From Lytechinus pictus (Eukaryota): a DNA stretch of 64,000 nucleotides. A program made the translations under genes and the position numbers. Each line of letters begins with the position of its first letter. Within the stretch, counting starts at the first letter, position 1. Positions 27,082-39,554 of the stretch are shown piece by piece. Below the pieces are notes generated by a model that saw only the letters and a list, made by a program, of their open reading frames with translations, had not been told where the DNA came from and ran no database searches. The stretch is taken from NCBI RefSeq assembly GCF_037042905.1, contig NC_087251.1, positions 22,012,001 through 22,076,000 of the forward strand. Reading direction: 5' to 3'.

Positions 27082-27182
27082 TGGATCCAGCCAGATTAGA
27101 CACAATACCATTTTAGGGGCCAAATTGTTTTAGGGACAATAGTGGCCTCTCAAAGCTATTGTTTCTAATCCAGCTAGATCCA
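27082..27182. repeat. Short degenerate inverted repeat (MITE relic)
   Basis: TGGATCCAGCCAGATTAGACACAATA pairs imperfectly with TATTGTTTCTAATCCAGCTAGATCCA. Confidence 0.55.
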
Positions 27183-27310
27183 CACTTGGATTCAACTTAC
27201 GGAACATCGAATGTTTCTTTCTGCTAGTACACATAATTTGTAAAAAATGAAAATTTTATCTCTGTTCACTCTCAGTCTGTGTAAAAAAATGTAAACGTGC
27301 CTGTTTATCC

Positions 27311-27589
27311 TGTGGAGCATTGTGGCCCAGTAGATTAGTCTTCTGACTCTGAAACAGAGGGTTGTGGGTTTGAATCCCAGCCATGGCGTAATTTCCTTCA
27401 GCAAAGAATTCATCCATGTTGTGCTGCACTCAACCCAGGTAAAATGAATGGGTACCTGGCAGGAATTTATTCCTTGAAATGCCACCGCGCTGTAAAAGGC
27501 TGCGGGGCTAAAGCCAGGGTAATGATATCCAAGTCCTTTGGAAGCGCATAGGGTCGTTATGACATAATGTGATATGCGCTATACAAGAA
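27311..27589 (+). mobile_element. tRNA-derived SINE (copy 2, alternative 3' tail)
   Basis: A-box TGGCCCAGTAG, B-box GGTTTGAATCC, core GCACTCAACCCAGGTAAAATGAATGGGTACC, tail ending GCGCTATACAAGAA. Confidence 0.85.
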
Positions 27590-29885
27590 GGATCCCTTTT
27601 TTCTCTCTCTAAAGCATCCATTTATTTTTTTCCCTTGTTTTTCTCTCATAAAAACTCACTTTATGCCATTACTATTTCAACAGACAAATCAATGTTACTA
27701 TTAGCTTTGATTAATATTGAATTCAATTACACCCATTTGATGAATGTGGTGTTATTCCCTCAAGATATTTTTCATGTCATGTGATACATTTCGGAAATAA
27801 AGATGTGATGAGAAATGTCTCCCCCGAGCATTCAATTGGTGGTAGGGATACCGCCTAACAGATTGAGCTATGACTAAAATGTGCTTCCCATGGGTTTTGA
27901 ATCTCTGCTAAACGGCTGCCTCATAATTCGTCCGCTAATGTGTTTGCACTTGCAGGGCAAGAAATGATGATGTGATGGGGTTTTTGCTGCTTCTTCAGAT
28001 TGTCTCTTAATATTGTATAAGATATTTATTTTATAATGAATGTCAATCAAAGAATGGGAATAAAAACACAATTTTGATAGAGTGCTGTGCTCTCAGGAAA
28101 CAGTTCTTTATTTATCACTTTTAGATTAAAATTCAATAATTTATTTGAACTGAAAATATAGCATGTATAGCTCACTTTTGCTGTATAGTCAAACGGGAAG
28201 AAATTTTGAGGGATGAGTTAATAGCACAATACTGTTTATTTTCTTGATGTCTTTTTAAATAGGTTTGTAGTCTTCTCATCTGCATTTTCGCCCCCCCCCC
28301 TTCTCTCCCTCTCTCTCTTTCTCTCTAGTAGTTTTCTATATCATTATTGTCCCAGTCAACTAGTTCTAATTTTCCAGCTCACAAGTCATTTTTGTCTAAT
28401 GATGGCATATTTACCCATCTCCAATGTTGAATGTTGCCTTGTATTCTATCCTGTCTCTTCGAAATAACCAGTGCATTAATGATGAGAAAAATGTTTTCAA
28501 TTCTAGTAACCATGAATGATTAAATGTTACATAACAAGTAAATTGAAAGATTTCACTGAATGAAAGTAAAATTATGCATGCACTTCCAATATTCTGATGA
28601 AAACTCAACAATCAATACTCTATGACAGCCTCTTGAGTTCTTCTTCCAAGTCAAGGTATTATTATTTTTTGCTGATTGTTTATTTCGTTTTCTCAATTAA
28701 GTGACAAATTTCTGTCTTTGTTTGGTTTCTGGAGGAAAACAAACCACACAACACTGCACCTTCACTGCCCTGTACTTAATCTTTCTTTGTTATGCACATA
28801 GACCTGTCTTCTGTAGTGTAAAGAAAATGATAGGTAGGTAGGGTCAAGCTCAAGTCAACAGTATCTGCTGTCAACCGCAATGTCCAATGAAGATTAGCAG
28901 AAACAGGTTGTCAGCCAAACCTTATTCCAAACCAAGCAGTGCTGGTTCCCTCAGGAGTATTGATAGGCCAGCATACTCCCCGTTTCCTTCTTCTGTTTTC
29001 CATTATTACTAATTACAGAATGCTACCGGAAAAAACACAATATACCTTTGCTAGAGCTGTAACAAATTGAGCTTTGTCTACCTTCTGTGATCATGGGTGA
29101 GGAGCCTGTTTTCATGTATCATATCATTGTGTTTGCTCTGTGAAGGATTTGTTAATAATTGGTTCTGGTTCTTTGGGTATACATTATGAGCATTTCATAC
29201 TGTTTCTCTGTTTCTTAATTTGTGAGTTTTTCTATTGAAACCTCAAGGACTGTTACTTTATACAGCATACTATGGGCTCTCACACCAACAGCTCCCTGTA
29301 CTGTGGGGAACAGAGCAATTTCTCATTTGCTACATCGTTTTACATTCAATATTTATTCATACATCAAAACACTTAGTGGTCATTGGTGTTGGATTCTATC
29401 CCAATTAATTTTTTATTTTTACCACAACACTTCTACACCTTTAAGATAAAGATGATAACTTTAACAGAGATAGCTTTACGAACCCTTTGTCTTGGTACAT
29501 TATTTTGTGTATGTTGGCTGATTGCTGTTAGTGACAGCAATCACTAGTTTGATTGATTTGTTTTTTCATTTGAATATTGTAACAAAGAATGTGCTATTAT
29601 CTGTTCATGTTCAGGAAGATAAATGCATTTAAATCTATGGATTTTACTCCAAAAATACTTGCCAGTTTGGGACAGTCCCTCACCAATTTGTATGAACCAC
29701 TCATAGTATAGTACTTTCACATCATGCTTAGATAGGAGTTATTTTGAAGTGTTGTATCTGGGTTGACTTATGTTGTTTTTAAGTCAAGATTCTCCATCAC
29801 TTTGTTTTGATGGTAATTGAAATCTCTGATTTTGAACCATCAGTTGGGGTCCTTTCTCCTTTGTTGTCAGATATTTAGATCATAT

Positions 29886-30582
29886 CGTCGGCCTTATGCC
29901 AGAAGGGCCTTAGCCTTTTTTTGGCATTCCGAGATAAAAGCCATTAAAGTTTTTTCATTTCTAATATTGTAAAGTTTGTGTCCATTTCGTTTCTGAATTC
30001 AATCTTGACATATTAGTTTAGTTACTATGTTTTACACAATATAATATCAAATATTTTGAGGAAAGATCAAAACTTAAGTTTCATTTGCAAAAAAAAATGT
30101 GTTAAGGGCTTTTTGGCATATTGTTAAATCGACGAGTATTTCTGCCAAAATACCTGTAACTGAAGCATAATTAACACCAGACATGCCAGAAGGGTCGTAA
30201 TTGAAGCGTATTTACGGTTGTACCCATTTGGCATAAGGCATAACTGGCATGCATCTTCGTCAAAAGGGCCCTTAAATAGTGTGTGTGCACAATAATGACT
30301 TTTTGGCATAAGGAAATAAAAAGAAGACACGATGACTATAATTATCCCAATTGTAATGCATTATGTACGGTTATACCCTTGGGTACCATGTCGCCCTATT
30401 GAAGGCCCTTCTGGCAGATGGAAAAGCCGGGATACTCATTTATGGCTTTATGGAATTCATAATTATAATGATTTTTGACAAATTAAGAACATAATTTTAA
30501 AGCATGACAAGATGTACACAATGATATGAATAACTCAAATCACCAAAAGTTGGGTGTAGGCCCTTTTGGCTTGAGGCCTATG
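29886..30582. mobile_element. Non-autonomous TIR element with candidate ATAT TSD (superfamily uncertain, possibly Sola-like)
   Basis: Imperfect TIR CGTCGGCCTTATGCCAGAAGGGCCT / AGGCCCTTTTGGCTTGAGGCCTATG; ATAT at 29882-29885 and 30583-30586; repeated TTTGGCATA and TGCCAGAAGGG motifs. Confidence 0.75.
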
Positions 30583-32604
30583 ATATGCCCCCTCCACTTT
30601 CCCAAGCTTATTCTATCTCACTTTATTTCTGTCTCATATTTTGTTTTCATCTCTCTTTGTTTCTCTCATTTTCTCCTTTTTTTATACTTGCTTCTTGTTC
30701 TGTGCCAGACTTTCTCTTTATATTTCTTTTTCTCATTGTTTTATTTTTATTCATTCTCCTGTGTTTTCTTTTCTTTATTTTGTCTCTTACTATTTTTTCA
30801 AATCTCCATTTTTCTGATTCCATTATGTCCCTCTATCACTCATATGCATGTTTTTTAAATTACAAAAAAATGAATGTATTTTCTCCTGCTTTGCAGCTTC
30901 TTGTATTTTGTACTTTGGTTTATATCGTTTTAGTTCTATACAAATGAATATGATCATAGAATTTCATCATGTAGAATTCAGTACATTGTCATCAAGCAAA
31001 ATGACAGAGATTGTGCAATCATGTTCCTCCTTTGTAAGTGAATATTTGTTTTCAGTAAACTCTAAATTTTCCCCAAAGTATTTTTCAGTGTGTTAGACCA
31101 TTTTGATGAAATGAAATACTCCTGCTTTACCGCCAGCATCTTCCCTGCATTGTCCTAAATAGACCAATGGTCATTGCCACGGTTCCCATGATGCAACATT
31201 CTCTTACACTCCTCCGGCTGGGGGGCAACCCAGCATATCAAAAGCAGCATTTTGGAAGAAGAAAAACTACCTAAACATGCTCGTGTTACTCTCACCTGTT
31301 TTTCGGTGCATCTGAGATGTGGCAGGGTTATGCCCCCAGAAAACACATTGGTCGTGGTTCGTAGTCTTCCCTTAGCAATGGGATACTCATCCTGAGCATC
31401 GGCTATGGAATGTGGGATGTACCCCTTGATACCTGACACAGATGGTCATGTCATTGTCAATGTATCATGGCCACAAATCTTCTATCTTGTTCCATCTGGG
31501 TAAATAAAATGAGCTCTGCTTGGGATGAGTGGATGTAGAGGATGAGCGTGTTTATCCAAGTGTGATATGGTATTAACGTCATCTTTTGAGAATCATATGG
31601 ACATAATTCACTTTTAAGGAACATGTGCTGTGCACCAAAATGTTGATTGTTATTGATATTCATTACTGCATTCATATCAAGTATATTAACATCTGAAATT
31701 GAATATAACTTATTGAGTTCAAATGTTTTGTCGATTGATTTTTATCTTTAGCAAGAACTTTAAAAGTCACTTTCTGCTGTCAAATATTGGCTGTCTCTCC
31801 ATCTATGAATAGAATTGTGTTATTTGGAGAAAATCATGTGACAGATTCACCCCCCCCCCCCCCCAACCGTCCCCCCTCCCCACTCCCGAGAGGGTGGAGA
31901 GAAACGGGTGGTTAGAGAAAGAAATAGTAATGTATTTCATGATGATACCATGGTGTTGGTACAAGAACGCACTTGCACCACATTTTCATATTTCATATGA
32001 TTAATAAATATAGAAGACATAGTGAGTGTACTCTATAGCATCATTTACAGCCAGTCGTGCATGTAACTGCTTTTTGAAATATTTTCATTATGAGGCTAAT
32101 CTAATTTTTTCTCTATTCTTATCAAAAGCAACATATTTGGGGGTGGACTTGACCTTTAAAGATTCTGCCCTTCTGGCTATCAACCTAAACGATATTTCTA
32201 GGGATATGGCTCGTTGGTCAAGACAATCATTTCCCATGAACGTGTGGGAGTTTGATCAATGGTATCATCCATATTTCTTAATGAAAGAGAGAGGAGTGCA
32301 TGTTTAATAAAATCATTCTCAACATATTTTCAAAAACAAATAAATGATTGCATTGATTCATTCCGCTTGATTTTTGACATTGATAAACTGTCCTGAAAGA
32401 GATCAAATACACCTCTCCTAAACAAATGCAGTATGATCTATATTTTATTTTAGGAGCAGTGTTACTGCAAGGATTTTTTAAATGATTTTGCATGATTGGA
32501 CTGTAACATTTTAAACCATTTTAGTGGGCAATCATTGATTTAAAAATCTAGCCAGACATCATGCTAGAAGAATGAGAAGGCAGTTAGTTTGGCAATTTAA
32601 CCCA

Positions 32605-33934
32605 TTTTTGTTTCGCCTGCATAGCAGAGCGAGACTATAGGCGCCCCTTTCCGACGGTGGCGTCGTCAACATTGAAATCTTAACCAAGGTTAAGTTTTTG
32701 AAATGTCATCATAACTTCGAAAGTGAATGGACTTAGTTCATGAAACTTGAACGTAAGGGTAATCAAGTATTATTGAAAATCCTGCCTGAGTTTCAGGTCA
32801 CATGACTATGGTCAAAGGTCATTTAGGGTCAATGTACTAAAACCATGTTGGTGGTACAATATCGAAATCTTAACCAAGGTTAATAAGTTTTTGAAATGTT
32901 ATCATAACTTGGAAAGTATGTGAACCTAGTTCATGAAACTTAGACATAAGGGTTATAGTGTGTCACTGAATATTCTGCTTAAGTTTCAGGTCACATGACC
33001 AAGGTCAAAGGTCACTTAGGGTCAACAAACTTTGACCATTTTGGGGGTATTTGTGGAATTGGCATCATAACTTAAAAAATTTATGGATCTAGTTCATGAG
33101 ACTTAAACATGAGAGCAATTAAGTATCCCTGAACATCCTGTGCAAGTTTCATGTCACATGATCAAGTTCAAATGTCATTTAGGGTCAAAGAACTTTGATA
33201 ATGCTGGGAGTATTCGTGGAATTGTCATCATAACTTTAAAATTTATGGATCTAGTTCATGAAACTTGGACATAAGAGGAACCATGTATCCCTGAATATCC
33301 TGTGTGCGTTTCAGGTTACATGACCAAGATCAAAGGTCATTTAAGGTCAATGAACTTTGGCCATGTTTGGGGTATTTGTTAAATTGGCATCATAACTTAG
33401 AAAGTTTATGGATCTACGCATGTAGTTCATGAAACATAAGTGTTGTGGAGCGTTGTGGCCCAGTGGATTAGTCTTCTGACTTTGAAACAGAGGGTAGGGG
33501 GTTCGAATCCCAGCCATGACGTAATTTCCTTCAGCAAGAAATTTATCTACATTTTTCTGCACTCGATCCAGGTGAGGTGAATGGGTACCCGGCAGGATTA
33601 ATTCCTTGAATGCACTGAGCGCTGAAAGGCAGCTCAAGCTAAAGCCGGGGTAATAATAATAATAAACAATGCGCCTCAGAATAGAATATTTCTAGATAGA
33701 TGGCGCTATATAAATGCCTGTTATTATTATTAACATAGACAAGTATCTTTTGCACATGTCTTAGGTCACATGATCATGGTCAAAGGTCATGTTGGATCAA
33801 TGAACATAGTATTTTCTTATCATATGAGTGTGTTCTTTTGTGAATAATTATTCAGTAGCTGTTTTCAAAGTCAGCACTGCTGTTATATCGAATCGTGTAA
33901 TGCAGGCGAGACTGCCAAAGGCGTTGCACTTGTT
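32605..33934 (+). mobile_element. Helentron-associated (HINE/DINE-1-like) element with internal ~163-bp tandem repeats
   Basis: 5' T-run, then subTIR GTTTCGCCTGCAT with adjacent partial inverse GCAGAGCGAGAC; 3' subTIR ATGCAGGCGAGAC (33900-33912); a repeat anchor (T/G)CATCATAAC-like recurs at ~32706, 32899, 33063, 33225 and 33388. Confidence 0.75.
33444..33731 (+). mobile_element. tRNA-derived SINE (copy 3) inserted in the tandem array
   Basis: A-box TGGCCCAGTGG (33456-33466), B-box GGTTCGAATCC (33500-33510), shared core, tail GGCGCTATATAAATGCC plus (TTA)n. Confidence 0.9.
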
Positions 33935-34149
33935 AACGTTTTAGTTGTCATGTTGTGCCCTTTAGTCTAACATAATAGATCATACTATTTCAAAATCATG
34001 ATCATATGCTATTTTTATGAATAAAAAATATGGCTTGACTGATTTTTTTTATTTACTAAATTATGCACGTTAATGTCGCTTATATCTCAGCATTGCTAAT
34101 GATTATCCACTCAAAATATTAAAAAGACTATTCAAACCCTTTAGAAGAC

Positions 34150-34674
34150 CTGGGCCCTTTGCACAAAAGTTACTATTTCAGTAACATTACCATCCAATGG
34201 AGTCTTTCATGAAATCCTTGATTTTGATTGGCTGTTGGGTCACGGCACCATGGTAGATACCATTGGATGGCAAAGTTACCATAATAATGGTAGTTACCAT
34301 TGGAAGGCAAAGTTACCATATTAGAAACTTTGTGATCCAACGGTATCTTTCATGGAATCCTTGATTTTGATTGGCTGTTGGGTCACGGCACCATGATAGA
34401 TACCATTGGATGGCAAAGTTACCATAATAGTAACTTTGTGATCCATTGGTATCTTTCATGGAATCCTTGATTTTAATTGGCTGCTATGCATTGTTTCCAT
34501 GGTAGTTACCATTGGAAGGCAAAGTTACCATATTAGAAACTTTGTGATCCAACGGTATCTTTCTATCTTTCATGGAATCCTTGATTTTGATTGGCTGTTG
34601 AGTATCGTTACTATGGTAGTTACCATTGGATGGCAAAGTTACCATAGTAGTAACTTCCATGCAACAGGACCCAG
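34150..34674. mobile_element. MITE with four internally amplified ~106-143-bp units
   Basis: Imperfect TIR CTGGGCCCTTTGCACAAAAGTTACTA / TAGTAACTTCCATGCAACAGGACCCAG; unit anchor TCTTTCATG(G/A)AATCCTTGATTTT at 34203, 34346, 34452 and 34566. Confidence 0.8.
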
Positions 34675-34739
34675 TTCAGATCATCAACAAAAACTTATTA
34701 AAGATGGTGTGGGATGGAGCCTTTGTATGGCCCATATTT

Positions 34740-34810
34740 GATAATGATGGTGATGATGATGATGTTGATGATGATGATGATGATGAAGATGATTGATGAT
34801 AATGATGATA
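34740..34810. repeat. (GAT)n microsatellite
   Basis: Seen directly. Confidence 0.9.
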
Positions 34811-35344
34811 AGAGAATTGATGCATATCACAGCATCAAAAATTTATTTATATTATAACCTGAATACCTTTAGCTTCAATTGGAACTACATATATATTATT
34901 AGAAAACTTTAAAAGGAATTTAGTAGGTCTTGGGTCAAAACATAAGTAGCTTTCCTGTGCACAACATATTGGACAACTCATATATATATCCCATAGAATG
35001 GTACATCAAAATGTTGCTCAGCTTTGTTGCAATGTCTGTCATGTAATGTCTGAATGAGCATCTACACAATAATAAAATAAATCATTCTAAAACCCAAGCC
35101 ACCTCTGTCCAATGCAAGCTCGTAATAGATTCCATCGTTCCCATGTGTACTTATCTCTCGTGAGCCGTTTAATCTGTATCCTACATAATTAATGATAAGT
35201 GATAGAAATATGACTGGTCCAATTATCTCGTAATTTGCAGAGGGCGGCTGACTGCCAGTTCTCTAATGAATAATGGATCACTTGTATTCTGTCTTGGTTT
35301 TTCTATTCCCATTCGGTCAAGCAAAAATCATAGAGTGATAGAAG

Positions 35345-35879
35345 CCCGGGGGGGGCACTCAGTATATAATGCATAGTGGGTATGTGCCGCGGAGGGGACC
35401 CCCATTTTCACACTCAAATTTTCGTTCCGAGGCATAGCATTTTTGTCTTATCGAGACAAAAAACAAAGAAAGCCGCTCCAAGGCATAGCACTTTGTTCTT
35501 ATCGAGAAAAAAAAAAAGAAATCCGCTCCAAAGCTTCGCATATTTTTCGTTAAATTACGCCGTTCCGGTCGCATTGATCTGCTGCAATTTTGGTGAAAAG
35601 CGGCCGCCGAGCGCTGTCCGACCATCGTCTCTGCGCTAGCGCACCCAGCGGAGGCCGCGTATAGCTGCATCATGCACGCATGCCCGTTCCATAGGGGTAC
35701 ATAGGCACGTACTCGCACGCTGGCGATCCGTTCCAAGGACCCCCGTTTTCACAAAATTGTAGTTCCGAAGCCCGTTCCGAGGACCCTCCTTTTTACAATA
35801 AGCCCGCTCCAAGGCCCCCGTTTTTTGTCTCGCCCGCGGCACACCCCTACCACTTTTTTGGTCGAGTGCCCCCCCCGGG
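35345..35879. mobile_element. Non-autonomous TIR element (CCCGGGG termini) with 8-bp TSD
   Basis: TIR CCCGGGGGGGGCACTC / GAGTGCCCCCCCCGGG; TSD GATAGAAG at 35337-35344 and 35880-35887. Confidence 0.92.
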
Positions 35880-38800
35880 GATAGAAGTTTTGCAGAAAAT
35901 ACCCCTACACACTCACACACCTCCTTGTAAACAGAGTGAAGCTCTGTTTCTGATAACATTTTATAAGAAATATAAAACAGACAATGATAGTTATAATAAA
36001 GTGTAAAGATATATAAATAAACACATCCATTGTATGTGTGTGCATGCAATAGGCCGTCCTGAATACCATACTTTGCAATTTTTTTTATTGAGTTGACCCC
36101 TGATGTGTAATTCATAATACAGTTTTCTCAAACCATTTGATTGATAAAAAAAATTGATAAAGGAATTCAGTGCCAGATTTGAGCTTGAATCCTTAGCCCT
36201 TTTGAAAGGGTGTACATGAGCTGTACCACAATGCCCCTCCTACAGATCGATAATAGATGAGAAAAGTTTCCACCAACCCAAGACCATGCAATTGAAGACA
36301 TCCATATACGTTTTTGCCCTTGACGTGAAAGTAAAGAGGATGGGTATTAATTGAATATTAGGGCTGGTAAATTGACTATTCATAAAAACAAGAACAAGAG
36401 ATATAATATTAATTAATTTTACTGCCTCCGTCACACCAACAGGTCAACCATGAAAGATCAATTAAAACATGAACTCTCCATGGCCATTTTTGAAACAGTG
36501 ACTCTCGGCTTGTTTTGTTTTATAGTATTTAAACAAAAGCCATTGACATTTTACCCTTGTTACTAAATAAGGCTTAGAATATGAGGCTGGTTTAAATTGT
36601 AGATTACCCTTCTCCCCCATTACCAATCTTTTCTATCTTTCTTTCTCTTTCTCTTTCTCTCTTTGTCTCTCTCTTACTTTCACACACTCTTTCTGCCTCC
36701 CTCTTATTCACTTTTCTATTACCACAAAGAAACTAAAATATGGACCACTGGATCTCATTCTATTGACATTGAGACCACTGCACCACTACTGATTCAGAAA
36801 ATAATATTCAAATTCACCTTCATCAAGAAGATTAAATACAGTATTTCCCATTCACACAGTTGAAATGATGGAATTTGCATGTGTATTGCATATATTTTGA
36901 TCTGAGCCCCAGTAACACAGGGTTTGTGAACAACAGGATTCCAATCGTCCATGGGTTACATTGTGTCTTTGATCAAGCTCAGAGTGTCCTTGCCTTTAAC
37001 AACACACCCAAATGGCTTTTGATATTAATTAATATTTGAATATTAGATGGTGTTTAATTTGGGGAAAAGGGCAGCTCTATCTCTCGATCTTGAAACAACT
37101 GTGGATGAATTATTGGTGCATGAAGATATCAAGATTATTTTTGCTTAGAATTTAGCGTTGAGATATTAATTGAAATGGTCAAGGATAGTAGGGTGGTATG
37201 ATAGAATTCTCTTTCAGGTAGTATTATTACAGAACAGTCTTGTGGAACCCTTTTTATGATATTATCATTATGGTGTGTTGTTTTTTATGCTACTTATCCT
37301 ACACAAAGCAAGTGATCTGTTGGGTTGTCTAATGGTGAATTACAAGCTACTGTGATAGGCTACTAAAATGTGTTATTTGATTGGTCAAGAGCTAATTTCT
37401 CAAAGGTCTGTAAGAAAGAAACATATCACCGTGACAGAAGGGCTAGATGTAAATTGAAAGTATGCATTTTAATGTAAAACATTGTTTTAATTCTTATAGT
37501 TTGGACCCACACAAAATATGCAAATAACCAGCAAGAAAGAGCAATACTTGACATGATTAAAAAAAAAATTTAATTGAAATGACACATCATCATACAGAAT
37601 AAACAGAACAAGGATTTTAATGTTTGCTTTATACATATACTACAAATATTTTGTGAGTTTGTAAAACTCTGATTGTGTATGTTTTATTTTATATTGCATA
37701 TCTTGAAATATACTTTGATATATATGTTTCATTTAAATTTCAAAGTTATTTATTGAAATTGTGATCCTTAGTGTACGATTGTAAAGTGTTTCTTTTTGCA
37801 TATATCTTGACAAATTACCTTAGAATTTAGGTAAAGTATCCATTTAAAAAGTAACCTTTTAGACATTAACTTTTTTTCTCACTGTCAGAAGTGCTTATAT
37901 CAGATCCTTGTAAGAGATGCTGCAAGAAAACCCTCTTTGACGAATGAAACAAGGCGATTAGGCACCTCCCGCCGGGAGCGTAGTAAAAGACCCCGTGAAA
38001 TGAGGTCACTGAACCCCCCACGGAATTCCCAGACAACAAATTGTGCGCATGAAGCGTTAATTGTGGCTTTCGTCATTGCTTTTGAGGAAGTGCCGTGTGT
38101 CAATATTTTCTGGGCAAGGAGGCACAAAACGGGCAGGTCCTCGGGGTGCCTTGTGGTCATGCAACATTTGATGTGAGATTGGATAGATTTGGTGGTTGCG
38201 TTGGGCAATATGAGATAGATAACCTGCGGCTACACCTGCCAGCATGATGGAGAGGTAGCATTTTTTTTTTCTGTAGGATTTATCTGCCCTCTTCATTTTC
38301 CCTGAATCTCCAGCAGTATTTGATCAATTGAATCAGGCTTTTCACCCTTTTTGGCGTTAGGCCATTAAGAAGATTTGGAGTCAACGTGATATAATTCTAT
38401 GATCACTCAGTCAGTGATAGGTTTTCTAGATTCTAGATGGGACATCAGAACAGGAGAAAAGGAAGGAGCATGCCTCATACCATGGTCCATGCTCATACTC
38501 ATTACATTAGTCAGACACTTAATATTGATAAGCTATTTGAAAGAGAGATCTTACAGGGTAGTCATTCTTTGTGCACAGTGTCAACCAGCTACTTACTCTG
38601 GAAGCTTTTATTTTGCTTTAACATTTCTCATAAATTCAGCATGGGCCATGTTATGTACACTTTCATGACAGTGCGGTATTTCAGGTCTGGATCTTTATAT
38701 TTGTGAGGAAACGTGTAGTATGGTTTTTTGTTAAATATGTTTGTTGCTGTATTTTTATTGACTTTTTTTTTTTACTTTTAAAAGTACACATTACCTTAGG

Positions 38801-39179
38801 CTTATAAACAAATTCACTTACAATGTTCCACTATACACCAATTGAAGTATGTGGGCCCGGGATCAAGCTGGGCTTAAGCGTGTGAGACCCAATTCCCTTC
38901 TTACAATATGAAATCAGGTTAATGTCTTATAATACAATCCACAAAGTTATGATCCAGTTCACTCCTGCCTGGAGATGTCATCTTAAAAGTACAAGTACCT
39001 CCCTCCCCAGTGTTTAAAAAACAATGGGGATTGGTTTCTGAGTTCCATATTAGCCCCTCCCTAGTGATGGATGAACATCATGAATTAAACTGCATCCTGC
39101 TAGTCTGCAGGTACAGACCCTGAATGAAGCTTTTATAAACAAGTGGGTCTTAAGACAAGTCTAGCACAAATACAACTTA

Positions 39180-39545
39180 GACACCGTTCTCACTACCGTC
39201 CTAAAACCAGTTTACTGGAAACTAGCTTAATGTTTCAAAGTGGTCTTGGAAGCGATCTTCCAAACCAGTTCAGAAAACCACCTCGCGATGTAGTTTTCAA
39301 GATCGCTTCGCCTTGTTTTAGCGCAAGTGAGGACACAACTGTTCTTCGGGAAGCTATCTTTGCACATTTTGTGTGTAGAATGCCTACGTTGCGGTTTCAA
39401 ATTTTGCGCGAAACTGAGAGCATACCCATAGAAACCACTTTTGGGTGATCAAATTTGAACGCTAGCAAAGCGATCTTCAAGACTGGTTTCCTGAACCGGT
39501 TTCCTGTAAACTAGTTTTGAGGATTGTAATTATGTGAACGGTGTC
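39180..39545. mobile_element. PIF/Harbinger-like MITE
   Basis: TIR GACACCGTTC / GAACGGTGTC; TTA TSD at 39177-39179 and 39546-39548. Confidence 0.88.
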
Positions 39546-39554
39546 TTAAACAGG

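Noticed and set aside
30526..30947. Hydrophobic Phe/Leu-rich ORFs resembling membrane proteins (also 21686-21889)
   Set aside because: Low-complexity pyrimidine-rich DNA.
31140..31460. GC-elevated block as a possible exon
   Set aside because: The + frames close quickly, there is no recognisable domain, and no convincing acceptor/donor pair.
33444..33520. tRNA gene (A and B boxes; also 27311-27385)
   Set aside because: No convincing cloverleaf or acceptor stem; it continues into a SINE core and tail.
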